The notes below the pieces were generated by a model. The model had not been told where the DNA came from. It made no database searches and saw only the letters and a program-made list of their open reading frames with translations. The position numbers were made by a program, and so were the translations under genes. This document shows positions 63,811 to 64,000 of a stretch of DNA of 64,000 nucleotides, piece by piece. Every line of letters starts with the position of its first letter. The stretch's first letter is position 1. The DNA is from an uncultured Haloferula sp. (GTDB lineage Bacteria; Verrucomicrobiota; Verrucomicrobiia; Verrucomicrobiales; Akkermansiaceae): positions 448,001 to 512,000 of the forward strand of contig CBFGTS010000001.1 of assembly GCA_965652295.1 (NCBI GenBank), read 5' to 3'.

Positions 63811-64000
63811 TCACCAATTCGCCGAGCGAATCGGTGCGCCGGTGGCGACGGCTCCGGTTTCCTCCAACGCCCCGCCGATCACGAAGAGGGCCGCGATGGT
63901 CAGGGGTGCCTCGTTTTTGAACACCTCGGTCATCCGTTCGATCGGCACCAAGCCGGGCGCGACGACCAGGCACAGGGTGGAAAGGGCGAGCACATCCGGC
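63811..64000 (-). pseudogene. Truncated SLC13-family permease N-terminus (start outside window)
   Basis: PDVLAL..L.L...GLV......F.N.A.LTIAALFVIGGALE.TGA then an early stop; the family is normally several hundred aa. Confidence 0.55.

Overview
High-GC bacterial window, most likely from a Verrucomicrobiota genome (Luteolibacter/Haloferula-like). This is inferred from a PEP-CTERM protein, an exosortase-associated gene, Asp-rich secreted proteins and codon style. The backbone carries housekeeping and metabolic genes: sucrose-phosphate phosphatase and synthase, hisC, mnmE-cobB, chrA, metR/metE-metF, uxuA with an SDR and an XylR-like regulator, tspO, UDG and a BI-1 gene. Accessory highlights: (1) a hotspot at tRNA-Ser(TGA) where a type I R-M locus survives only as an hsdM 5' part and an hsdR fragment, flanking a lower-GC two-gene cassette (NERD nuclease-kinase-kinase-SF1 helicase plus a wHTH/degenerate PLD-like partner; Mokosh type I-like); (2) hsdM itself is interrupted by three stop-free, in-frame 63/66/78-nt palindromic insertions at conserved motifs, plus a GTAG REP; (3) a HEXXH surface protein with a membrane partner, followed by an orphan copy of the HEXXH motif; (4) a stand-alone FAAL-ACP-C-A(Gly)-PCP-TE(Cys) NRPS; (5) several structured intergenic RNA candidates; (6) Hcp-like, ECF-sigma and SLC13 gene remnants. 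All calls are by eye from motifs; no searches or folding computations were run.
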